Shown here in pieces: positions 8,082-16,061 of a DNA stretch of 36,609 nucleotides (position 1 is the stretch's first letter; each line of letters begins with the position of its first letter). Made by a program: the position numbers and the translations under genes. The stretch spans positions 1-36,609 of IMG/VR virus record IMGVR_UViG_3300000117_000005; one strand, written 5' to 3'. Below the pieces are notes generated by a model that was not told the DNA's origin, made no database searches, and was given only the letters and a program-made list of their open reading frames with translations. The DNA is from a virus.

Positions 8082-10504
8082 TATCCTTCTAGTGTTTGTA
8101 CTCTAGCTTCCAAAGCCTCGATCTTAGCTACAGCTTCTTGCAGTGCTGCGGTCAACAAAGGTACTAGTTTAGATTGGTCGATGCGTTGCAAAATCATATC
8201 ACCATTTTCATCGACTGCATCCTTATCTCCTTTTACGGCCTCTGGAACTTGAGACTGCACTTCATGCGCAAAGAACCCATCTAAAGTGGTGTCTGGATCA
8301 TGGTCAAAGTTGAAACGATAAACAGGTATTTGTTTGATTCTATCAATTCCATCAGATACAGGAATTACGTTTTCTTTAATTCTATAATCAGATGCACTAT
8401 TTATGCTAACAGTAGTAGAGCTATCAATGCTAATATCACCAGCTAAAGTAGATGCCGCAGTTCCTCCAGCACCTGTGTAGTAAAAAGCTACAACGGCATC
8501 CGTAGTATTTCTTGCAAAACGAGCAGCATGATTTCCCATACGACTAACACTTAATGTGGAGCCGTCGGCGTTCTGATCTTCTATCAGACACCCGTGAGTA
8601 TCGTTTTGAAGACCAGGGAAAGATCCAGTGCCAGTAAGATTCATGTACACTTGAGATGTATTTCCAGTTCCAGCACCAAAGGTTACGTTCCCAGTAGCAG
8701 TAAGTGTTGTTCCTGTAATTGCAGCAGCCGTAATGTTACCAGCATCAAAGTTTCCAGAAGCATCACGGTAAACTATTGTACTTCCTACGTTTGAATTAGT
8801 AGCATTAGACGTTACAGTAAACGTGCCACCTTCTGAGCTAACGCTACCACTAATACCATTGCCAGCAGTAGCGCCAGCAGCTACATATGGGCCAGTGGTA
8901 TCTGTAGCCAAAACAATTCCGTTTGTTGTATTGAATCCAGATATGGATATATTCCCTTTGGTTAGCTTTCGTTGATTGCCAACACTGTCTACTACAACAA
9001 AAAAGTCTCCATCGCCATCAGTGGTAGAAGTAGAAAGCTCATTTAAATTCAAAGAAATTGTAGGAGATCCACCTTCAGAAGAAGAACTTCCGTCCAGTCC
9101 ACTTCCAGTTGCGATGGTAGCAACGTAGTTTCCAGTAGTGTCTGTTCCTAGTGCTACAGAATTTGCAGAAACACTTGCAGCTTCAACATTCAAAGCATTA
9201 ACAAACGACTGAGTAACCCTCGCATCTATTGCTGAGTTTGCCCTAGCTGATGTGTAATACAGGTTTGCTGCTTCAGCTATGTCATCCGTGTCAAGAACCA
9301 CTGCACCAGTCTGCGTATTGACGCTCGTTACAGGAGAGCCTGAAGCGGTAAAGCTAATTACTCCAGTTGAGCTATTGTAGCTAATGTCTCCGCTTGCAGA
9401 TATAGAACTCCTTGCCCTAGCCGTAGTAAAGTATTGATTAGAACCCTCTGTAACATTATCAGTGCTTAACGATATGTTAGATGTTCCATCAAAACTAACG
9501 CCAGCAATGGTACGAGCAGTCTGAAGAGCTGTTGCTGTACTTGCATTACCAGTAACATTTCCGATAAGATTGCCAGTTACATTAGCAGTAATGCTTGAGG
9601 GCAGACCAATAGTTAGAGTGTTCCCCGAAACCGAAGTTGTTACTTCATTAGTGGTTCCAACAAAGTCAACTAGCTCTCCAGGTAAAATTGCATGATCGGT
9701 GCCAGTGTCTGCACCAAGGCTCCATCCTCCAGTTGCACTAACCTGAGAGTCAACATACGCAGTTGTAGCAACCTTAGTACTGTTGTCTCCTGATGATTGA
9801 GTAGTAGCGACTACACCATTAGCTAACACGGATGAAGCGTTTATCGTTCCCGTGATATTGCCTGTTACGTTACCAGTTAAATTGCCAGTTACATTAGCAG
9901 TAATAGAACTAGGCAAACCAATCGTAACAGTTTGTCCAGAAACAGTAGTTTCAATTTCATTGGCAGTCCCTGCTAATGTAAAAGTTTGAGTTGAAAGATC
10001 AACTGTACCAGTGCCAGTCCCTCCAGCTATTCCAAGAGTCCCTGATCCTGATTGGCTGTCAACATAAGCCTTGATGCTCTGCTGAGTAGCAAGGGATGTA
10101 GCAGAATTTGAGGACATATTATCCTCGTCCAAGATTGCTACTTCAGCAGGAGCAGCCGATCCACCTGAAACATTGCCAAGAACCTTGTAATTTGCTAGGT
10201 TTTCTATCTTAGCCTTAGTAACATTGCTGTCGGCAATAAGAGAGGTGGTGATGTTGGCAGCAGCAATTTTGGCACTGGTTACATTACCATCTGAAATTTT
10301 AGCAGTAGTAACTGCACCAGTAGCAATCTTGCCAGTAGCAATCCCTAGATCCTTAACAATGATTGCCCCAGAGCCTGATTTTTGAGTAGAGATTCCATCT
10401 ACTGCTCCTGCGGCAAACTCAGCATCATTAACTGCATTGTTTAAAGAACTTGCTGTTACCTGATCTCCGTTAGCAAATGTGTTTCCTGTTGTAAGTACTG
10501 CCAT
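8081..10504 (-). CDS. Tail fibre/spike with a C-terminal S74 intramolecular-chaperone (auto-cleaving) domain
   Basis: N-terminal I..G.VT.AKI repeats. ATSLATQQSIKAYVDS and STKVATTAYVDSQV fibre motifs. C-terminus SDYRIKENV...GFFAHEVQSQVPEAV...LEARVQTLEG is typical of peptidase S74 chaperone domains (8084..8392). Confidence 0.85.
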   Translation of the reverse strand: MAVLTTGNTFANGDQVTASSLNNAVNDAEFAAGAVDGISTQKSGSGAIIVKDLGIATGKIATGAVTTAKISDGNVTSAKIAAANITTSLIADSNVTKAKIENLANYKVLGNVSGGSAAPAEVAILDEDNMSSNSATSLATQQSIKAYVDSQSGSGTLGIAGGTGTGTVDLSTQTFTLAGTANEIETTVSGQTVTIGLPSSITANVTGNLTGNVTGNITGTINASSVLANGVVATTQSSGDNSTKVATTAYVDSQVSATGGWSLGADTGTDHAILPGELVDFVGTTNEVTTSVSGNTLTIGLPSSITANVTGNLIGNVTGNASTATALQTARTIAGVSFDGTSNISLSTDNVTEGSNQYFTTARARSSISASGDISYNSSTGVISFTASGSPVTSVNTQTGAVVLDTDDIAEAANLYYTSARANSAIDARVTQSFVNALNVEAASVSANSVALGTDTTGNYVATIATGSGLDGSSSSEGGSPTISLNLNELSTSTTDGDGDFFVVVDSVGNQRKLTKGNISISGFNTTNGIVLATDTTGPYVAAGATAGNGISGSVSSEGGTFTVTSNATNSNVGSTIVYRDASGNFDAGNITAAAITGTTLTATGNVTFGAGTGNTSQVYMNLTGTGSFPGLQNDTHGCLIEDQNADGSTLSVSRMGNHAARFARNTTDAVVAFYYTGAGGTAASTLAGDISIDSSTTVSINSASDYRIKENVIPVSDGIDRIKQIPVYRFNFDHDPDTTLDGFFAHEVQSQVPEAVKGDKDAVDENGDMILQRIDQSKLVPLLTAALQEAVAKIEALEARVQTLEG

Positions 10505-12675
10505 TATTCTGCCTTATCTAAACTTCTAAATGATGTAGCTCCAGCTACCTTTAATGCTCTTAATCTAGGTCTTCCCTTAGTTGTTGTCAATTTAAACTGT
10601 AATCCGTAAGCTCTTCTGTTTCCAAATCTGCCCCTTAATGAGACATCTTCATCAATAGCAAGAGGAGATCCGTTAAGATCACTAATGCTGCTCAGGTCTA
10701 TTATATCATCAATATTTTCTGTGATTGCTTCCAGGTCTGCATCTGAAGTATTATCTTCACTAGATTGAATATGCAAATCAAAATTGTTCCACTTTTTGCG
10801 GTCTAAAGAATTAAGATTAAACATCCTAGTAATAACTGAAGAGGAAACTTGAGAGTCAGAAACAGTACCACCTACTTGGGCTATGTACTGATCCCTGTCA
10901 TCAGATCTAGCCTCGTACTGATGAACTCCACCGTTACGATTTATTGCGTACACTGAACGCCTATTTCCCTCGCCAGCAACAGTTAATTCACTGTACTCCC
11001 AGTCAGGGTCATTAATACTGTCTATAGATTCCCATTGCTTATTCAGGAAGTTGTAAATAAGCAAAGCGTTATTAGTGGTGCTATTATCAAGGGGTACAGC
11101 CAAATAGTACCTGTTATCAAAGTAAACAGACTTAGCTTTACTTGCGTAAGCCTTATTAATTCTCTTAATAGTTCCCTCAATTGAAGCTGATAATGGAACA
11201 TCTTGTCCTCTAAGATTGTACAAATCAATAAAGTTTAATCCATAAACTCCATTGTCAGATAGGAATACTATACTGTTTCCTATCTGCTGTACACTATCCC
11301 TAGCTAAACAGCCAACTTCATTAGTAATTAATTGAGATGCTGAACTTTTTAAGTCTAGGCTGTTGGAAACAATATGTATGCTATTGCGGCTAAAGACCAC
11401 CAGTTTGTCATCCGAAAATGAATGAAAGCCTACAATGAAATCAGCCGCACCAGCATTAAACCTGAACTGTCCATAAATTCTGTCGTAAGTATCTGCATCA
11501 AGTATATCCGAAAACAGAGCCTCATCCACAATATTTCTGTCAGTAACAACAGCAGATCCAGTTGTTCCTGTTACATCGTACTGGTAAGGAACAATCAATC
11601 TACGCTGATGGTAAACTCCAAACTCAGGAGCAGGCATATGAGTAAACCCAAGACCTTGAGATGTTTTCTTACTGTAATGATTGTTGTGAGAAGATTGGTC
11701 GTCGTACTGAGCGTAAAAAGTAAACGTGTTAGCATCGGGAACACTGGCAATAGTGTAGGAATCCCCGACTACCAGCTGGTCGGAAGACTCAACTATAACA
11801 ACAACTTGCCCAACAGATAGTCCATGAGCAGTAGAGGTTACGGTAACTACTCCATCTGAAATAACAGTATTAGCTCCACCGTCTCCTAGTCTAACTGGTT
11901 GGGTGTAATCACCATTCCCTACAAGAGAAAATGCAGGAGAAGAAATATCTCCATCCCACTCCATCGCAATATCTCCTTTGCGGAATATGTACAACTTGTT
12001 AAACGCTTGAATTACTGTGCTTCCTTCAGGAACAGTTTCTCCAGCAGGATAACTAAGCGTTACGGTAGTAGATCCTGAATCAGCAGTCTTAACAAGAACA
12101 GTGCTGTTGGTAGCTACGCAAGCTACGTAAGACTCAGAATCATTATTAGGATCTGAGAACTCGCAAGAAGCTTCAATAAAGTTACCAGCAGTAGAATCTA
12201 TTTTCATGCCAGTAACAGTCATAGTTCCTGTAGGAGCGCTATCCAATCCAGTTACGGTGTAGGTAATGGTATCGGAATCAACTACTGTTGCAATAAAATT
12301 ACCATTAGGATTTATTAATCCAGTGTAGCTTAACCCACTAACATTTACTCCTGTACCATCAATAATTCCATGAGCAGATCCAAAATCTACAGTAACAATA
12401 TCTCCAGCTCGACTATAAGAGCTAACAGCAGGAATTGATTCGTACAGATAAAACGGTAAGGTAAAAACGCCAGCAACAAAGGGAGATGAAAATAATTCAA
12501 TACCTTTTCTTGGTTGCCACTCACCGTTCAAATCCATACGTCCATTATTAGATTCAGTCAAAATACCTGGACGCAACTGATCTGGCCTTAACTTATTGTT
12601 AAAACCCGTGAACCCTTGATCTAGGTCTTCTGCTATTCGGTTATCTAAATTACCGTATGAACTATATCTTGCCAT
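10504..12675 (-). CDS. Tail tubular protein B / nozzle-like protein, 723 aa
   Basis: Size and position fit. N-terminus GFTGFNNKLRPDQLRPG...N...G.WQPRKG resembles the T7 gp12 N-terminal pattern. Two VTVT..HGL..G module repeats. TAATG coupling at both ends. Confidence 0.5.
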   Translation of the reverse strand: MARYSSYGNLDNRIAEDLDQGFTGFNNKLRPDQLRPGILTESNNGRMDLNGEWQPRKGIELFSSPFVAGVFTLPFYLYESIPAVSSYSRAGDIVTVDFGSAHGIIDGTGVNVSGLSYTGLINPNGNFIATVVDSDTITYTVTGLDSAPTGTMTVTGMKIDSTAGNFIEASCEFSDPNNDSESYVACVATNSTVLVKTADSGSTTVTLSYPAGETVPEGSTVIQAFNKLYIFRKGDIAMEWDGDISSPAFSLVGNGDYTQPVRLGDGGANTVISDGVVTVTSTAHGLSVGQVVVIVESSDQLVVGDSYTIASVPDANTFTFYAQYDDQSSHNNHYSKKTSQGLGFTHMPAPEFGVYHQRRLIVPYQYDVTGTTGSAVVTDRNIVDEALFSDILDADTYDRIYGQFRFNAGAADFIVGFHSFSDDKLVVFSRNSIHIVSNSLDLKSSASQLITNEVGCLARDSVQQIGNSIVFLSDNGVYGLNFIDLYNLRGQDVPLSASIEGTIKRINKAYASKAKSVYFDNRYYLAVPLDNSTTNNALLIYNFLNKQWESIDSINDPDWEYSELTVAGEGNRRSVYAINRNGGVHQYEARSDDRDQYIAQVGGTVSDSQVSSSVITRMFNLNSLDRKKWNNFDLHIQSSEDNTSDADLEAITENIDDIIDLSSISDLNGSPLAIDEDVSLRGRFGNRRAYGLQFKLTTTKGRPRLRALKVAGATSFRSLDKAE

Positions 12676-12924
12676 TTAACAATTCCAAGCTCTTCTGCTC
12701 CAGTAGTTCGCAGACAGTTTATTACTCTTACCCTTAATCCCACCTGACCTAGCACAATAACTCTTCTTACGTGCAGGGTTACTTTTCTTAATGCTCATGT
12801 TAGCATCGCCAAAACGTACAATCTTCTCCTTGCCACCCTGACAGGCTTTCACAACGAACTTCTTCCCACCAGACACTTGTCTTTTAGGAACGTTACACTT
12901 CATGCTTTTCTTATTTATTGCCAC
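12676..12924 (-). CDS. Small, very basic conserved phage protein (DUF5872-like?)
   Basis: GTG start at 12924, with an alternative ATG at 12903. Contains KKFVVKA..GGKEKIVRFGD...SANYWSRRAWNC. The family name is a recollection, not a search result. Confidence 0.5.
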   Translation of the reverse strand: MAINKKSMKCNVPKRQVSGGKKFVVKACQGGKEKIVRFGDANMSIKKSNPARKKSYCARSGGIKGKSNKLSANYWSRRAWNC

Positions 12925-13023
12925 GCTTTACCGCCTTTACTCTTCTTGGTTTACCTGCTGGTTGTCCCTCTTTCCTTTGCCACCTTTACCGTAGCCCAAG
13001 CATGGCTACTAACTCTGATGTCA

Positions 13024-13179
13024 TTATTTTTTACCAATTTCCTTTATTATTTTAAAGATAGAAAGACCCATAAATATTACAGTGAACGCCGATGCTACAA
13101 CAGATAGCACTTGGTCTGTTCCTGCTAGGGCTAGACCTGCTCCCGAACCTAGCACACCTATTACTGATCTTTCTACCAT
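13024..13179 (-). CDS. Unlisted 51-aa hydrophobic (about 2-TM) protein
   Basis: Hand translation gives ATG 13179-13177 ... MVERSVIGVLGSGAGLALAGTDQVLSVVASAFTVIFMGLSIFKIIKEIGKK, stop TAA 13026-13024. It is below the 60-aa cutoff of the ORF track. Confidence 0.45.
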   Translation of the reverse strand: MVERSVIGVLGSGAGLALAGTDQVLSVVASAFTVIFMGLSIFKIIKEIGKK

Positions 13180-13224
13180 GTCTTTCACTTGTCTAAATTT
13201 AAGTCGTATTAGCGTGTCAGTAAA

Positions 13225-13253
13225 TCACCGTTCGGTGAATCACCGTTAGGTGA
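13225..13253. promoter_or_regulatory. Two tandem 14-nt palindromes TCACC-N4-GGTGA
   Basis: TCACCgttcGGTGA (13225-13238), a single a, then TCACCgttaGGTGA (13240-13253). They lie in the gap between the 154-aa and 51-aa membrane-protein genes. Confidence 0.5.
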
Positions 13254-13284
13254 AGACCTAAAGCTCGCTCCTGATGACGATTTT

Positions 13285-13749
13285 TCACTCACTGAAGATC
13301 CTCTTATTAAGCTCCCGCTGTCCGAAGTACCAACCGCCATAAGCAAATGCAATCGTAAAGATTTGCTGAAGGATGACACTCCTGTACTCATCCGGTGAAG
13401 TAAAGTATACGTAAGCAGCTATGATGTGTGCCGCTATTGCCAGAGTGGGGCGAACCCCGCTCTTGAATGCGTACAAGAGAATAAGCACCCACTTCTGTAG
13501 CGGTGATTCAGCAATCTTGCTCACCTCAATCAAGGCTCCTGACTCGGCTGTTGCGGCTTTCTGTGATGCCTGAAAGTCTTCCGAGTCCATCTCAACAGTC
13601 TTAGCATCAATCTGGAGCTTCGCCATAGCCATGTCGATCTCCGCTTTGGCTTTCATCCCCTTGATTTTCAGCCATCCAGATATGCCAGATCCAAGGAGTC
13701 CTATCAATCCTCCTGATCCTGCATTTGCTAGTGCTTCTAACCAACTCAT
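13285..13749 (-). CDS. Membrane protein, possible holin (3-TM GTA-holin-like)
   Basis: Gly-rich N-terminus, a central charged helix, and two C-terminal hydrophobic segments (WVLILLYAF...LAIAAHIIAAYVYF, IFTIAFAYGGWYF). ATGA-coupled to the upstream TM protein. Confidence 0.4.
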   Translation of the reverse strand: MSWLEALANAGSGGLIGLLGSGISGWLKIKGMKAKAEIDMAMAKLQIDAKTVEMDSEDFQASQKAATAESGALIEVSKIAESPLQKWVLILLYAFKSGVRPTLAIAAHIIAAYVYFTSPDEYRSVILQQIFTIAFAYGGWYFGQRELNKRIFSE

Positions 13750-13943
13750 GCTTCCTTACCCTTTTGATAAACCTTGCCACCGATACCAGCACCGAGAAAC
13801 ATAGCACAGATTCCTGTAAGTTCTATCAGGTTAGCACCTAAGTGCAGACCCGCTATACCTATATAACCACTTATTGCGATACATGCCCACATACCAATGC
13901 GGATGCTGCTGGGTTTTCCTGTTTTTTCGTTCAGTGAGTTCAT
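13746..13943 (-). CDS. Small 2-TM protein, holin-like
   Basis: 65 aa with two hydrophobic helices (IGMWACIAISGYIGIAGL, LTGICAMFLGAGIGG) and a charged C-terminus QKGKEA. Confidence 0.45.
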   Translation of the reverse strand: MNSLNEKTGKPSSIRIGMWACIAISGYIGIAGLHLGANLIELTGICAMFLGAGIGGKVYQKGKEA

Positions 13944-13947
13944 AATT

Positions 13948-15333
13948 CTACTGTAATAGCCCGATCCCAGAGGAGGCCGAGCGGGTTAGGGTGGCGGTGC
14001 CGACCGAAAACTCGTATGCGCCTATATCCCATGTCCCCGATCTCGATACTCCGTCAATGTCGGTGTTGTAGAGCGCTCCTATTGACGAGTCTCCAGAATC
14101 TATTGCTGGTGAGCCTGCTTGTAGTGATGGCGAGGGCAGAGCGTTGACTAATGGGTCTGCCTCGGTGGAGTTCGCTCCGTAGTTTCTGGCCGCGACCATA
14201 GCCGACAACGACGTGTAGGACGTGCCGCCAAAGTTGAATTTGTTGGTCGCCGATCCATCGTAGACATTGTAGTCCAACTCGTTATCCGCAATAGCTCCGT
14301 CGTCGTCGTCGAATATGAACACGCCGCCACCTGAGTTGGTCTGCTCGAAGATGTTGTTTTTAATATGCACCGATCCGGCTTTCTGTGAAGTCGCCGTTTG
14401 CACTCTTAGCATTACGCCGTCCGTCCGGCCAATGTAATTATTATAAACATAGACATCGTCAACCCCCTTGAGGACTATGTTGGCCCCGCCAAAAGTGTCC
14501 ATGTCCACGCCGTTGACCGTGCCGCTTTCAAAATAGCATACATTATTCCAGATATGGACCTCGTCAACTGGATCAGTATCGCCCCACCCCTCAAGGAATA
14601 TGTTCTGGGTGTGGTTGCGGATCACATTGCTATATACCCGAGCAAAGGAGACATTGGAATATCCGTCAACATCCGATCGAATGAACTGAATACCGTCTGG
14701 ATGGACCGCAATGTAGTTCGTATCCAGATTGTCGTATATATCATTACCATTAATAGTAAAATACTCGCCATGTATGTCTATCCCGTCCGCCGCATTGTCG
14801 TGTATGTCGTTGTTCGATATGATAATCCCGTTCGCGTAAGTTGAGTCCGATGAGTGACCAGCCGCTACATTAACCCCTTTTCGCGTTGCGTAGATTTCGT
14901 TATTGTCCACAAGCATCCGGTTTCCGTTCCGGATGTACACGCCGGACATTGATCCGCTCGAAACTGCTGGCGTGTGGATAGTGCAGTTCTGGACCGTTCC
15001 TTGGTCAACATTAGTGAAATCTATTGCGTGAAACCCCTCGGCCCATCCGGTGACGATCAATCCGTCTATGGTAATCCCGTCAGCATTCGCATCTATCCTG
15101 CCCGAAAGGGTTGGCGAGTCTCCAGCGTTGTTGATTATCGTTAGGTTTGCAACATCTATTGTCAGATCCTCCGAATAGGTTCCTGAGTGGACAATGATCG
15201 TGTCAGAGGCGGAAGCAGCTGTTTCAGCCGCTGAAATGGTGGAATAAGTTTGACCGCTACCGACATGCAAATCGGCAGCTATAAGTCTGCCTAAAAGCAG
15301 CAGCGCAATAAAAGTTAAATTAAAGATCCGCAT
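13948..15333 (-). CDS. Secreted right-handed parallel beta-helix (pectate-lyase-fold) protein
   Basis: Signal-peptide-like N-terminus MRIFNLTFIALLLLGRLIAADL. PbH1-type repeats (NNDIHDNAADGIDIHG, NGNDIYDN). WDIGAYEF near the C-terminus. An alternative upstream ATG exists at 15375. Confidence 0.7.
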   Translation of the reverse strand: MRIFNLTFIALLLLGRLIAADLHVGSGQTYSTISAAETAASASDTIIVHSGTYSEDLTIDVANLTIINNAGDSPTLSGRIDANADGITIDGLIVTGWAEGFHAIDFTNVDQGTVQNCTIHTPAVSSGSMSGVYIRNGNRMLVDNNEIYATRKGVNVAAGHSSDSTYANGIIISNNDIHDNAADGIDIHGEYFTINGNDIYDNLDTNYIAVHPDGIQFIRSDVDGYSNVSFARVYSNVIRNHTQNIFLEGWGDTDPVDEVHIWNNVCYFESGTVNGVDMDTFGGANIVLKGVDDVYVYNNYIGRTDGVMLRVQTATSQKAGSVHIKNNIFEQTNSGGGVFIFDDDDGAIADNELDYNVYDGSATNKFNFGGTSYTSLSAMVAARNYGANSTEADPLVNALPSPSLQAGSPAIDSGDSSIGALYNTDIDGVSRSGTWDIGAYEFSVGTATLTRSASSGIGLLQ

Positions 15334-16057
15334 AAGATCTCGTTGATCCAGTGTTGTATAGCCACGACACCTCATCTGTAGTCATAACTCTGTTATAACA
15401 GGCTAAAAAGTCGATTTGGGTGTCCTGAGCAGTTGAGTTCCCTCCGAGATACGTGGTATTGCTAAAATCAACGTAGGTTCCCGCCGTAGAGCCGTCAGAA
15501 GTCCCATCTACAAACACCTCTACCGTGTCTGTTGACGCAGTGAAATTGACTGTTATTGTATACCATGTTGATGTTGCAGGGACGATTGCCGTATCGTGAA
15601 CGACATCACCCATCTCAACTCTAATCCCCGCCGTTATCCAACGCACATAAACAGCGCCGCCGTGACTACTAAAAATATAGTCCCCATTGGTGATTGATCC
15701 AATCCCCTGAAAGCGAATTGTAAATGAAGCGTCCGAGTCAGTGGCCATCCATGAGTTGGACAGGCCCGTAACGCTCCAGTTCGCTGCTGGCGAGTCGTCT
15801 GACACCCCGTATCCACTAGCATATGTCGGAGTACCGCTTGCAGATAGGTCATGCGTTCCAGAGTTGTGCTGGTTTATGAGATCGGCGGATGTCCCACTCG
15901 TGCTCATGTCGTACCAAGCAATGAGGCTAGTCGTTCCCGGCGAGCCTCCCCCGCTGGCCTCGGTGACTGTCTTCCACTGGCTCACCCTCGTTAAACTCTG
16001 GCTGAACGCGAGCGCTGTTATATTGATCGCTAGTAATACGTAGATTAGTTTCTTCAT
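15320..16057 (-). CDS. Secreted LamG/concanavalin-A-like lectin-domain protein
   Basis: MKKLIYVLLAINITALAFSQS signal-peptide-like N-terminus. C-terminal ...FLACYNRVMTTDEVSWLYN is typical of LamG domains. Confidence 0.6.
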   Translation of the reverse strand: MKKLIYVLLAINITALAFSQSLTRVSQWKTVTEASGGGSPGTTSLIAWYDMSTSGTSADLINQHNSGTHDLSASGTPTYASGYGVSDDSPAANWSVTGLSNSWMATDSDASFTIRFQGIGSITNGDYIFSSHGGAVYVRWITAGIRVEMGDVVHDTAIVPATSTWYTITVNFTASTDTVEVFVDGTSDGSTAGTYVDFSNTTYLGGNSTAQDTQIDFLACYNRVMTTDEVSWLYNTGSTRSYADL

Positions 16058-16061
16058 TGCG

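Noticed and set aside
12877-13107. Plus-strand 76-aa ORF in the 12.9-13.1 kb gap
   Set aside because: It is antisense to the late operon and overlaps the start of the 82-aa gene. The minus-strand 51-aa hydrophobic ORF (13024..13179) explains the region better.
13209-13391. Minus-strand 60-aa ORF overlapping the 3' end of the 154-aa membrane-protein gene
   Set aside because: It sits in an alternative frame of a better-supported gene, gives a Ser/Gly-rich low-complexity product, and runs through the tandem palindromes.
14973-14981. DnaA-box-like TGTGGATAG
   Set aside because: This is a single 8/9 match inside a coding region. It is not clustered or near an AT-rich unwinding element, so it is most likely chance.
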